Assembly: GCA_963834385.1 (NCBI GenBank)
Contig: CAWIBO010000002.1
Coordinates: 832,001 to 896,000 of the forward strand
Direction: 5' to 3'
DNA length: 64,000 nt
Source: an uncultured Verrucomicrobiae bacterium
GTDB lineage: Bacteria > Verrucomicrobiota > Verrucomicrobiia > Chthoniobacterales > UBA10450
Both the position numbers and the translations under genes were made by a program. Below the pieces are notes generated by a model. It worked only from the letters and a program-made list of their open reading frames with translations, was not told where the DNA came from and did not search any database. This document shows, in pieces, positions 40,307-49,792 of this stretch; position 1 is the first letter of the stretch; each line of letters begins with the position of its first letter.

Positions 40307-40858
40307 TCATTTTCCCTGCGCCTTCTGCGCCACCGTCTTAAGGTCACTGATACTGCCGTCTGCGAAAATGATCAGGTTGCCATTTCCGTGCATATTCCCC
40401 ACCTCGGCGAACCAAGGTTGTCGCGCCCACCGGTGAGGAGTGGTGGGTTTGTCGTCAAAAGGGGTGGCGACATAATCAATTCTCAGGTTCTGGGATGCCG
40501 CCATATCCGGGTTACCCAGGAGATTTTGGATCGTCGGACAAATCCACGTCTTTTGTTCCACGGCGAACGGCTGCAATGCCGCCATCCACCCCGTAGCATA
40601 GTCACTCATGTCGGCATCGTCGCCGGACCCTGCGGAAATTTGCGGCCAGTGTTGGTTCTCCTGCAGGAAAAGTTCTGCACCGGTGTAGAGACCGCGCAGG
40701 TTGGTCATGCATTGGACCCGCTGCGCCCGCGCGCGCAACTTCATTACAAGCGGAATGCCCAGAGCGGCGACGATGACGATAATGGCAATCGTCATGCCAA
40801 GCTCCAGGAGGGTAAATCCGGCGAGACGCTTTCCCCGCTCCGCTCGAAGCAGCCTCAA
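40307..40858 (-). CDS. Prepilin-type N-terminal cleavage/methylation protein with H-X9-DG motif
   Basis: GFTLLEL + hydrophobic helix, RAQRVQCMTNLR, WICPT, HGNGNLIIFADG. Confidence 0.88.
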   Translation of the reverse strand: MRLLRAERGKRLAGFTLLELGMTIAIIVIVAALGIPLVMKLRARAQRVQCMTNLRGLYTGAELFLQENQHWPQISAGSGDDADMSDYATGWMAALQPFAVEQKTWICPTIQNLLGNPDMAASQNLRIDYVATPFDDKPTTPHRWARQPWFAEVGNMHGNGNLIIFADGSISDLKTVAQKAQGK

Positions 40859-40862
40859 GCTT

Positions 40863-41480
40863 CTAACTCGTTTCTGATTGCTTGAAACCGATAACTTTAT
40901 ATTCGATCGGCCCGCCGCTATTCCCGGCGGGATCCGAGGTGCAACCAGTAGGCGGAGGATTCAAGGGATCGCAATTCGGGTCCGGCGCATTCGTTCTGTA
41001 GGTGAGGGAAGCGCGGCCCCGGATACGATTTGCCGCCGAACTGGTCACATTGCGATTCGCCACAATTTTCGCGTTCACGAACTGTCCGTTGGCGTCGTAT
41101 TGATAAAAGAACGTCGTGTCTTCGTCCTGCGCCACCCGCTCCTCGTAAACACTGTTAAGAATACCTGTCAATTTTGAAGAGTCCGGATCAGCCGATGCCA
41201 CAATCGTGCCTTGATAAAAGATACCATTCCGGAAGGTCACTGATTGTCCGGTAGCAAGACCCTCCCTCTTGATGACGAGCGAGAATAGAGCAAGCGAGTT
41301 ATCAGTCAGCGTTACGGGAGGTGGGCCTGGGTCCAGTTCGGTTGGAATTGGCACCAAAACTCCTGAATACGTTCCTGTCACCCGAATTGAACTTCCACCA
41401 TATTGCGGCCCGCCCGGGACGGCGAAAGCCTGCGCCGCCAGGAGAACGACACTCATGAGGACGGCGAACGTGATTTTCAT
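40863..41480 (-). CDS. Exported hypothetical protein
   Basis: Signal peptide MKITFAVLMSVVLLAAQAFA; beta-rich body; Cys pair near the C-terminus. Confidence 0.7.
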   Translation of the reverse strand: MKITFAVLMSVVLLAAQAFAVPGGPQYGGSSIRVTGTYSGVLVPIPTELDPGPPPVTLTDNSLALFSLVIKREGLATGQSVTFRNGIFYQGTIVASADPDSSKLTGILNSVYEERVAQDEDTTFFYQYDANGQFVNAKIVANRNVTSSAANRIRGRASLTYRTNAPDPNCDPLNPPPTGCTSDPAGNSGGPIEYKVIGFKQSETS

Positions 41481-41528
41481 GACGCGAAGGTAGAAACTGG
41501 CGTGTCCGCCGTCAATCCGAATCACGAA

Positions 41529-42515
41529 TTACCGCTCGACCGCAGCCAACACTGACGGAATTTCCACGTCCTTTGGTTCCGGATCGGTTTCCACCGCGAG
41601 TCCCAGCTCGCGCAGCAGGTCGGTGTCCTGGTCGGCGCCGGGATTGGCGGCGGTGAGAAGTTTGTCGCCGAAGAAGATGGAGTTGGCCCCGGCAAAGAAG
41701 CAGAGGGCCTGGCCTTCCCGCGTCATCCGGGTGCGCCCGGCCGCGAGACGGACCCGGGCCTTCGGCAGGGCCAGGCGCGTTACCGCCACCAGCCGCACGA
41801 GTTCGAAAATATCGACCGGCGGCTGCCCGGCCAGGGGCGTTCCCGGCATCGCCATCAAACTGTTGATCGGCACGCTTTCCGGCTGGGGATCGAAGTTGCT
41901 CAGCACCTCGACCAGGCGCAGCCGGTCCTCCACGCTTTCGCCCATCCCGACAATCCCGCCGCAGCAGACCGACATCCCGCTCCCCTGCACCGCCTCGATC
42001 GTGCGCAGCCGGTCGGCAAACGTGTGGGTGGAAACAATCTCAGGGTAATATTCCGGCGAAGTGTCGAGGTTATGGTTGTAGGCGGTCACGCCCGCCTCGC
42101 GCAATTTGCGCGCTTCGCCCGGCCCGATCTGCCCAAGGGTCACGCAAACTTCCATGCCGAGCCGGCCCACTTCGCGCACGGTCTCGAGCACCTGCTCGAA
42201 TTTTTCCGTGCCTTCGCGCACCCCGCGCCAGGCCGCGCCCATGCAAAAACGGGTCGCGCCCTGCGCCCGCGCCTGTTGCGCCGAGCGGACAATCTCCTCC
42301 ACGGGCAACAGGTCCTCCTTCGCCACCCCGGTGGAATAATGGGCGCTCTGCGCGCAATAACCGCAATCCTCGCTGCAGCCCCCGGTCTTGATGCTCAGCA
42401 GCGTGCAACGCTGCACAGCTTCGCCCCGCCAATGTCGCAGGTGCACCGCGCGACTCTGCGAAATCAGGTCGAAAAGCGGTTGCTCGTAAAGGCGCTTCAG
42501 CTCGTCGAAATGCAC
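41529..42515 (-). CDS. bioB: Biotin synthase
   Basis: LLSIKTGGCSEDCGYCAQS, RFCMGAAWR, YNHNLDTS, PESVPIN, GANSIF.GDKLLT. Confidence 0.97.
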   Translation of the reverse strand: MHFDELKRLYEQPLFDLISQSRAVHLRHWRGEAVQRCTLLSIKTGGCSEDCGYCAQSAHYSTGVAKEDLLPVEEIVRSAQQARAQGATRFCMGAAWRGVREGTEKFEQVLETVREVGRLGMEVCVTLGQIGPGEARKLREAGVTAYNHNLDTSPEYYPEIVSTHTFADRLRTIEAVQGSGMSVCCGGIVGMGESVEDRLRLVEVLSNFDPQPESVPINSLMAMPGTPLAGQPPVDIFELVRLVAVTRLALPKARVRLAAGRTRMTREGQALCFFAGANSIFFGDKLLTAANPGADQDTDLLRELGLAVETDPEPKDVEIPSVLAAVER

Positions 42516-42561
42516 GATGCCTCGACGTTAATGGAATCGGACGGTCAGGAAAGGGAAAACG

Positions 42562-42949
42562 CTACTTGTCGCGCACCCAGGTCACGGCCGCGGTGATCTT
42601 GTCCTCTTCCCCCGCGTCCGTCCGATTTTCGTAGACGGTCATGTTCATCTTCTCGTCCGCCCCTTCTTCCTCGCCGGGTTCCAGGGCCAGGACGACAAAA
42701 CTGCCGCCAAAGCCGTTGGGCTTTTTCGCCCCCAGCAGCTCGAGTTCAAAGGAGGCCTCTTCCTCGTCGCCGGTGACGTCCTTGTACTTGATCGGCTCGT
42801 CGTCGTTGAACTGGACGGTCTCCTCCGTGACGACCAGACGGTCACCCCGGCCGCTCGACCATTCGCCGACGTAGCTGGGCGCTTCCGTGGCCGGCGCCAG
42901 TGGCGGTCCCGGCCAGCCCCAGCAAAAGAACGAGGGAAAACCGCCTCAT
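42562..42949 (-). CDS. Acidic exported hypothetical protein, absent from the ORF track; +1 frameshift near 42900
   Basis: MRRFSLVLLLGLAGTA / LAPATEAPSYVGEWSSGRGDRLVVTEETVQFNDD...TWVRDK*; ATGA overlap with the upstream gene. Confidence 0.65.
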
Positions 42950-43371
42950 GAACGGCTCTCGACCCGGTCCACCTTCCAGCGCTGCTTCTTCTTCACGACC
43001 GACACCCGCAGCTTCGTGTTCATCTTTGCGCCGGTCAGGGTCACGTCCATGGTGCCGCGACCTTCGCTGATGTTGGAGCTTTCGATGGTGACGTTCTTGG
43101 CCCAGTCGGGATCAATATCCTGGGCAGCCAGGAAGTAGTCGGCGCTCAGGCTCTCGCCCTTTTTCATGCCGTCGATCTCGCGCAGGAGCCGCCCGGTCAC
43201 GAACTTCTTCAGTTCCTGCCGGCGCGTCCCGAGGATGTCCTCGGTCTGCACGGCCGTGCGGACATACCAGTCGTAAAATTCGCGAACATCCTTGGCCGGG
43301 GCTTCATCAGCGGCAAAAGCGAACGGAGCCACCCCGAAAAACAGCGCAATCAAGAGGAGATATTTTTTCAT
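42946..43371 (-). CDS. DUF3828/YbjP-like exported protein
   Basis: Signal peptide; EFYDWY, LKKFVT..LL, ADYFLAAQD, WKVDRV. Confidence 0.72.
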   Translation of the reverse strand: MKKYLLLIALFFGVAPFAFAADEAPAKDVREFYDWYVRTAVQTEDILGTRRQELKKFVTGRLLREIDGMKKGESLSADYFLAAQDIDPDWAKNVTIESSNISEGRGTMDVTLTGAKMNTKLRVSVVKKKQRWKVDRVESRS

Positions 43372-43507
43372 AAGCAGGAGGGGAAACCTAACCCACGAGG
43401 CCGGAAGGTAAAGAGACGGAGGGTGTTGGGCGCATGGGCGGGCAGGAATCTCTTCTGACGAACCCGGGGCCCGCCCTATTCACCGGGCCCGCCGCCGGCG
43501 CCCCGCA

Positions 43508-43885
43508 CTAGTCGCCCGTGGGAATGATGTCGGCCCCTTCCACCATCAGGATAACCGTGCGCTCCGGCGCGCGCGGACGATGGCGGACGCCCTTGGGGAT
43601 GACGAAACACTGCTGCGGGCGAAGATCGATCATCCGGTCTTCCATGTCGATCAGGAGCCGGCCCGAGACCACGTAGAAGAACTCATCCAGCTGCTCGTGT
43701 TTATGCCAGTGATACTGGCCCTCGACCACCCCGAGGCGAACCACCGATTCGTTCACCTGGCAGAGGGTCCCGTTCCACCAGGGATGTTTCACTCCTTCCG
43801 CGATCTCGGCCACGTCGATCACCTGCAGATGCGGAAACAGAATCTCGAGGTGCGTTTCGTAGGGGGAAGCCGGTTCCTCGGGCAT
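43508..43885 (-). CDS. Cupin domain protein
   Basis: GQYHWHKHEQLDEFFYVVSG, IPKGVRHRP. Confidence 0.88.
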   Translation of the reverse strand: MPEEPASPYETHLEILFPHLQVIDVAEIAEGVKHPWWNGTLCQVNESVVRLGVVEGQYHWHKHEQLDEFFYVVSGRLLIDMEDRMIDLRPQQCFVIPKGVRHRPRAPERTVILMVEGADIIPTGD

Positions 43886-43933
43886 GATGCCGCCCATTCT
43901 GCAATTTTCCGGGCGCGCCCGCCACTGCAAAGC

Positions 43934-44995
43934 TCAGCGCGGACCGGCAGCCCGGCGCCGCTCCGCCAGCCATTCCTCGGAGAACCGGATGTGCCGGATG
44001 GTCTCGCGCCGGTAGGAATAGGTCACGTGATAACTCCCATCCGCGGCCCGCAGAAAGGCCGGATAAGAGAACCCGGAATCCTTGCGGCGATCGAAGTCCC
44101 AAAGGGTGACGAAGTTCCGGCCATCGGTCGAAAGAGCGAGCGAGATCGGGTTGCGCCGCTCCGCGCTGTTGTTGAAGACGAGCAGGGTTTCCCCGGCGGG
44201 CGTGGCCGCGGCCGCGACCGCGGCGTTCGGGTTCGGCAGCGCGAGTTGCTCCGCGGGCGACCAGCTCCCCGTCGCCCGATCAAACCGGGAGAAGAGCAGG
44301 CCGTCCCATTCCGGGTTGCGGAGATAAGCGACAAGATCGCCTCCCGGCGGCTGGACCAGCGCAGCCTGGAACGCGGGGCGCCCCGGGATATCAGCGAACT
44401 TTTTTTCTAGGATCACTCCATTTTCCGCCGTGACCAGGCAGGTGAAAGCGCGCTTGTTCCAGATCCCGCGGTAAAGCGGCACCATGAACCCCTCACCGAC
44501 CGGCACCGGGCTGTTGCGGGGCAGCCGGCCGAAACCGCCCACGAGCGTGCGCGCGACCGACCATGTCCGCCCCTCGTCGCGGGAAGTTTTGTAGTCGACC
44601 CGCGCCGTGCTCCAGCCGCCAAAAGGCAGGGCGGCATAAAAGAGCCAGAGAACATTTTCACGGTCCCGGTAAAGCGCGGTGTTGCCCAGGCTTTTGGTCG
44701 GGAACCAGCGGCCTTCGGCTTTTTCCCCGCGGGCCACGGCCACGGCGGGCTCGCTCCACCGCCGCGTTTTCGCGTCGAACCGGCTCAGGTAGATCTGGAC
44801 GTCCGGCGCGCATTCATGGCTCCCGGCATACCAGGTGCAGAGGAGGTCGCCCCCGGCCAGCTCCGCGAGGGAGGAGCCATGGTTCGTCTGGTAACGGCCA
44901 GGCGGGACAAGGAACGCGGCGGAATAATCCGCGGCGCCGCGCACCGGGCTTGCCAGCAAGAGGCCGGCGAGGATCACTCTTCCCGCCCGCTTCAC
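43934..44995 (-). CDS. Exported sialidase-like (BNR_2) protein
   Basis: HGSSLAEL, WYAGSHE, TSRDEGRTWS, LPNPNA, LSTDG, FSYP, TYSYRRETI. Confidence 0.82.
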   Translation of the reverse strand: MKRAGRVILAGLLLASPVRGAADYSAAFLVPPGRYQTNHGSSLAELAGGDLLCTWYAGSHECAPDVQIYLSRFDAKTRRWSEPAVAVARGEKAEGRWFPTKSLGNTALYRDRENVLWLFYAALPFGGWSTARVDYKTSRDEGRTWSVARTLVGGFGRLPRNSPVPVGEGFMVPLYRGIWNKRAFTCLVTAENGVILEKKFADIPGRPAFQAALVQPPGGDLVAYLRNPEWDGLLFSRFDRATGSWSPAEQLALPNPNAAVAAAATPAGETLLVFNNSAERRNPISLALSTDGRNFVTLWDFDRRKDSGFSYPAFLRAADGSYHVTYSYRRETIRHIRFSEEWLAERRRAAGPR

Positions 44996-47900
44996 GCGAC
45001 GGTGCGAAGCCTGGGCGCGGTGATGTCTTCGATGGACTGGCGCAAGCGTTCCCAGTCAACCGGTTTGGTCAGGTGTTCGCTGAACCCGGCGGCCTTGCTC
45101 GCGGCCACATCCTCCTCGGTGCCGAACCCGCTCAGGGCGATCCCGGGCGGCCCTCCGGCCTCGCGCAGCCCGCGCATCAGCTCGAGCCCGCTGCCGTCGG
45201 GCAAACCGACGTCGCTGATGACCAGATCAAAGGGACGCTCCGCCGCGAGCTGCCGCGCCTCCGCCACGGTCCCGGCATTCTGCACCAGGTAACCGGCCCC
45301 CTCGAGAATCCGGCGCATGACCCGGGCCGTGTCCTGGTGATCTTCCACCAGGAGAACGGCGACCCGCTGCGGCTGGAGCGATCGTTCCTCCGGGAAATAA
45401 ACCGGGCCCGCGAGCAGGGATGTTTCCATGGCCTTGAGGGTGATGGTGAAGGTGGCGCCTTTCCCGGCGCCTTCACTGCGGACGGCGATCTCGCCGCCAT
45501 GCATGTCGATGACGCGCTTGGAAATGGCGAGACCGAGGCCAAGGCCGCCGAACTGGCTGGTGACCCGGCGCCCGCCCTGCTCAAAGGCATCGAAGATGCG
45601 CGGCTGCAATTCCGGGGCGATCCCGACCCCGGAATCGGTGATCTCGACCATGATGCGGTGAGCATCGTCATTGAAGGTGCGGATCTCGATGACGCCCCCG
45701 GCGGGAGTGAACTTGAAAGCGTTCTTGAGCACGTTCCAGCAAACCTGCTGGAGACGCGCGGCATCAGCCCAGCAATGATGTTCCTTCGCGTCGAAATGGC
45801 GGGTCAGGCGGTGGTTCTTTTCGCCCAGTTCCGCCGCGGTGATGGCGAGGGCGTTCTCGATCACGGCGTGAATATCGACCGCATCATTGTGCAGCTCGAA
45901 CTTGCCGTGCGAGATGCGGGTGAGATCGAGCAGGTCATCAATCAGGAGGCGTTCCAGCTCAATGTTGCGTTGCATGACCTCAAGGTCGCGCCGGAAGGCG
46001 TCACTGATCTCCGGTTCGCGCCTGAGCGAGGCCAGGGTCATGAGCACCGGGGTGAGCGGGGTGCGCAGCTCGTGCGAGAGCATGGCGAGGAACTGGTCCT
46101 TGGCCCGGTTCGCCTCCTCCGCCTGCTGCCGCGCCTTTTCCAGGGCCAATTCGCTCAGTTTCCGCTCGGTCGTGTCCTGGATCACCGCCACGAACGAGCG
46201 CACCGCGGCCTCCTTCATTTCCGGGACATAGGTACAGTGCATCCAGCGATTCCCCTCCTCGTAGGGAACCTCGATCTCGAATTCCACCCGCTCGCCGCGC
46301 AGGGCCGCCTCGACGTAGGGCGCGATCGTCCCGAAGGCCGCCTCGCCAATCACCTCGCGCAAGTGCCGTCCCACCACCTGCTCGGGCGTGCGCCGGAATC
46401 GTTTTGCGTACGGTTCGTTCACAAAAACGTAACGGCCTTCCCGGTCGCAATGGGCGAGGAAAACGGTGATGGCATGGTCGGTGACGAAGCGCAGTTGTTT
46501 TTCCCCCTGCCGCAGCGCCTCCTCGATCACCCGGCGCTCGTGCACGTCGATAACCGAACCGATAAAGCCGAGAAATTCGCCGTCCGGCGCGAACCGGGGC
46601 CGGCCCGCGTCGATGGCCCACCGGTATTCGCCATCCGCCCGCCGCAGCCGGTAATCGAGCTGGAACGGCTCCCGTTTCCGGTTCGCCTCCAGGAAAACCT
46701 CCGCAGCGTGGGGCCGGTCGTCGGGATGGATGACATTGGTCCAACCCAGCCCCAGGCTTTCCTCCTCTGTCTGCCCGGTGAACTCGTACCAGCCGCGGCT
46801 GAGAAACGAACAGGCGCCATCAGGCTCGGTGATCCAGAGCCGGGCCGGGGCGGTGTTGGCCATGTCGCGGAAGAGGCGCTCGCTTTCGCGCAGCGCATCC
46901 TCAGCCCGGCGACGCGCCGTGATGTCGAGCACCGTGCCGATAAAGCGATCCGCCTCGCCATCCTCCCCGAAAACGGCTCGCCCGCTCGCCGCAATCCACC
47001 GCTCCCGCCGGTCCTCGAGCCCGACCACCCGATATTCGATTTCGAAATCGCCCGACCCGCCGGGCCGCAAGGCCGCCTGCACGGCCGCATCCGTCCTCTC
47101 CCGATCGTCCGGGTGCAGACCGGCCAAAAACGTATCGTGGGAAATTTCCGCCTCCGGCGGCAGGCCAAAAAGCTCCCGACAGCGGTCGGACCAGAAGAGC
47201 TCGCCCGTGCGCGGCCGGAAATCGAAGGTGCCAATGCTGGTTGCCTCGATGGCCAGGCGAAGCAGGCGCTCGTTCTCCTGCAATTTCCGGTCGGCCTCGG
47301 CCATGCGCAGTTCCTGTTCCTTGCGCACATTGATGTCGGCGCGAAACACGACCACGCCGTCGGCCGCCGGGTAGATGCGGGTTTCCATCCAGCAATTCCA
47401 GCGCTCGTAAAACTTCTCGAAATGCTGCGGCTGCTGGGTTTCGACCGCGCGATGCGCGTGCGTGTAGAAGGTTCCGCCGACCGCCTCCGGATACATCGTC
47501 CAGATGCAGCGCCCGATCATTTCGTCGCGGGAAAGATGGGCCAGCCGGGCCGCGCTCTCGTTGGCGTAGATGTAGCGCCATTCGCGGTCGAGGGCGACAA
47601 AGGCGTCGCTGATGCTGGCCAGGGCCGCCTCGCGCTGGTCGAGCAAATCGCGCACTTCGCGTTGGCGGCGGCGCGCGCGCAGGACGGCCTGAACGGTGCT
47701 GACCAGGGTCACGCCGCCGAAAGGGCGCTCCAGCAGGGTGACGTTGGCGGACGAACCGAAAACGGCCAGGGTGCGGGTGCTGACTTCGTCGGTCACCGCG
47801 CTGCTGGTCAGGATGATCAGGGGCAAATCCGACCATGGCGGCTGCTTCTTCAGCGCTTCCAGAAAGAGAGGCAGCTCCGGGAGGACAATGGCTTCCTGCG

Positions 47901-48078
47901 CGAGGATGACGGCATCAGTCTCCGGCCCGAGACAGCAGGCCAGCGCCCCAAGGTCGGGGCGGGTATGGGAAGTGATCCCGGCTTTCTCCAGGACGGAAAC
48001 AGCCAGGCTGGCGTCCTGCCCCGTGGGGGCGACCACGATAACGCCGGGACAGGACTCAGCCGCGTCGCTTTTTTTCAT
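44992..48078 (-). CDS. Multi-PAS hybrid sensor histidine kinase/response regulator
   Basis: N-terminal REC-like segment, about four PAS domains (IHPDDR-type), LSHELRTPL, NAFKFT, DSGVG, GGLGLGL, C-terminal REC. Confidence 0.93.
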   Translation of the reverse strand: MKKSDAAESCPGVIVVAPTGQDASLAVSVLEKAGITSHTRPDLGALACCLGPETDAVILAQEAIVLPELPLFLEALKKQPPWSDLPLIILTSSAVTDEVSTRTLAVFGSSANVTLLERPFGGVTLVSTVQAVLRARRRQREVRDLLDQREAALASISDAFVALDREWRYIYANESAARLAHLSRDEMIGRCIWTMYPEAVGGTFYTHAHRAVETQQPQHFEKFYERWNCWMETRIYPAADGVVVFRADINVRKEQELRMAEADRKLQENERLLRLAIEATSIGTFDFRPRTGELFWSDRCRELFGLPPEAEISHDTFLAGLHPDDRERTDAAVQAALRPGGSGDFEIEYRVVGLEDRRERWIAASGRAVFGEDGEADRFIGTVLDITARRRAEDALRESERLFRDMANTAPARLWITEPDGACSFLSRGWYEFTGQTEEESLGLGWTNVIHPDDRPHAAEVFLEANRKREPFQLDYRLRRADGEYRWAIDAGRPRFAPDGEFLGFIGSVIDVHERRVIEEALRQGEKQLRFVTDHAITVFLAHCDREGRYVFVNEPYAKRFRRTPEQVVGRHLREVIGEAAFGTIAPYVEAALRGERVEFEIEVPYEEGNRWMHCTYVPEMKEAAVRSFVAVIQDTTERKLSELALEKARQQAEEANRAKDQFLAMLSHELRTPLTPVLMTLASLRREPEISDAFRRDLEVMQRNIELERLLIDDLLDLTRISHGKFELHNDAVDIHAVIENALAITAAELGEKNHRLTRHFDAKEHHCWADAARLQQVCWNVLKNAFKFTPAGGVIEIRTFNDDAHRIMVEITDSGVGIAPELQPRIFDAFEQGGRRVTSQFGGLGLGLAISKRVIDMHGGEIAVRSEGAGKGATFTITLKAMETSLLAGPVYFPEERSLQPQRVAVLLVEDHQDTARVMRRILEGAGYLVQNAGTVAEARQLAAERPFDLVISDVGLPDGSGLELMRGLREAGGPPGIALSGFGTEEDVAASKAAGFSEHLTKPVDWERLRQSIEDITAPRLRTVA

Positions 48079-49612
48079 GCCTGCGCTTCTTCCCGCCCTT
48101 CTTCGCCGGCTTTTCCCGGGTCGTCGCGGACGGTCGCGCAATTTCCCTGGCCTCAGGCAGACTCGGGGTGCCGGTAAGCACGCCACGAAATTCCTTCAAC
48201 GGCGGCCCGACCGTGATGGCATCCTCGGCGATCAAAAGCTCGCGGATCGTCTTCTCGTGCGCGCCGACGCGCTTTTTGATCACGGAGATGGCGCGATGCA
48301 CCGCGCCGCGCGCCTCAAAAAAGCGGTGGGTAATCACGGTATCGGCCAGGTAGGTGACGTCGATGGGCGACTGCATCTGGCCGAGGAGACCGGCCGGGGT
48401 GACCACCATCATGGTGACCACGCCCAGTTGATTCAGGTAGGTGAGCAATTCGTGCAGCTGGAGGTTAAGGGAACGATCGTCCCCCATCGACTGGAGATAG
48501 CCGTTCAGGCTGTCGAGCAGGATGACGCGGGTGCCCCGCTGCTCCACGTCTCCCTGGATGCGGGAGGCAAGTTCGCCCGGGGAAAGCTCGGCCGGATCGA
48601 TCTGCACCGCGGAGAACGTGCCGTCCTCGATTCTTTTATCGAGCCCGAAGTTGAGCCCGCGCGCCCGCGCATGCAGGACGCCGAGGCTCTCGTCGAAACT
48701 GTAGAGCGAAACTTTTTCTCCCCGCTCCGCCGCCGCCACCGCGAACTTGAGCGCGAGGGTCGATTTGCCCGTGCCGGGCGGCCCGGAAAAAAGGGTGCTG
48801 GTGCCGCGGGCCAGGCCTCCCCCAAGGAGCGTGTCGACCCCCGGGATGTTGCTCGAGATATTCTCGCTCGGGAAATGTCGGTGATGTTCCGCCGCCACCA
48901 GGCGCGGGAAGACCGTCAGGCCGCCGCGCTCGATCACAAAATCATGGTTGCCGCCGCGATAGGTGCTCCCGCGGATCTTGCGCACGTTCAACCGGCGTCG
49001 CTCGGCCCCATACTCGGGCGCCAGTTGTTCCAGCCGGATGACGCCGTGCGCCAGGCTGAGCACATGGGCGTCGGCGCCCCCCTCGTGGCTGTCGTCCAGC
49101 AGCAGGGTGGTGCAATTGCGCCCGGCAAAGAATTGCTTGAAGGCGAGAATCTGCCGGCGATAACGCAGCGCCGTGTGCGAAAGCAGTCGCAACTCGGAGA
49201 GCGAATCAAACGCCACCCGCGTCGGTTTCACCTTCTCCACCGCGTCCAGAAGCAGCCGGGTGGTCTCGGTCAATTCCACCTCGGCCGCATGGAACAGGGT
49301 GTTCTGCGCCTGCGCGCTTAACTGCTGGTCGATCGCGGAAAGTTCAACAATCTCGACGTTCTTGAGCGACCAGCCGTGCGAGAGCGCCACTTCCTCCACC
49401 TCGTCGCGCGTCTCCGAGAGGCTGATGTAGAGCACCTTCTCGCCCCCCTTCGCGCCCTCGAGCAAAAACTGCAGGGCCAGCGTCGTCTTGCCCGCTCCCG
49501 GCATTCCCTGGATCAGATAGAGGCGGCGCGGCGGAAAACCGCCGCCAAGGATGTCATCGAGACCGGCGATCCCGGTCGGGACTTTGGAGGTTGATCTCTC
49601 TTGTTTCGGCAC
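48056..49612 (-). CDS. Double-domain KaiC/RAD55-like ATPase
   Basis: TGIAGLDDILGGG, GMPGAGKT, KIRG; second domain GPPGTGKS, DSL, TYLADTV, KKRVG.HE. Confidence 0.9.
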   Translation of the reverse strand: MPKQERSTSKVPTGIAGLDDILGGGFPPRRLYLIQGMPGAGKTTLALQFLLEGAKGGEKVLYISLSETRDEVEEVALSHGWSLKNVEIVELSAIDQQLSAQAQNTLFHAAEVELTETTRLLLDAVEKVKPTRVAFDSLSELRLLSHTALRYRRQILAFKQFFAGRNCTTLLLDDSHEGGADAHVLSLAHGVIRLEQLAPEYGAERRRLNVRKIRGSTYRGGNHDFVIERGGLTVFPRLVAAEHHRHFPSENISSNIPGVDTLLGGGLARGTSTLFSGPPGTGKSTLALKFAVAAAERGEKVSLYSFDESLGVLHARARGLNFGLDKRIEDGTFSAVQIDPAELSPGELASRIQGDVEQRGTRVILLDSLNGYLQSMGDDRSLNLQLHELLTYLNQLGVVTMMVVTPAGLLGQMQSPIDVTYLADTVITHRFFEARGAVHRAISVIKKRVGAHEKTIRELLIAEDAITVGPPLKEFRGVLTGTPSLPEAREIARPSATTREKPAKKGGKKRRHEKKRRG

Positions 49613-49792
49613 AGGCGAAGTCTAATTGGAGCGGCAACAAATGCGAGCGTGTTTGCCCGTTCTTGCGGTAACAAACCTACGCGACATCTGTGCTCCCGGA
49701 TTCGCAAATGACCCCTCCGGCGGCGGTCCTTTTTTCGCACGCAGAACGGGGCGGGAGTTGAAGGGGACCGCTCTCCCGGGCGATGTTCGCCG

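Noticed and set aside
44563..48177. 1204-aa plus-strand ORF
   Set aside because: Antisense shadow of the hybrid kinase with no motifs; typical of high-GC codon bias
48056..49612. True circadian clock locus
   Set aside because: No kaiA/kaiB in the window, phosphosites read TY rather than ST, and the N-domain motifs diverge from cyanobacterial KaiC
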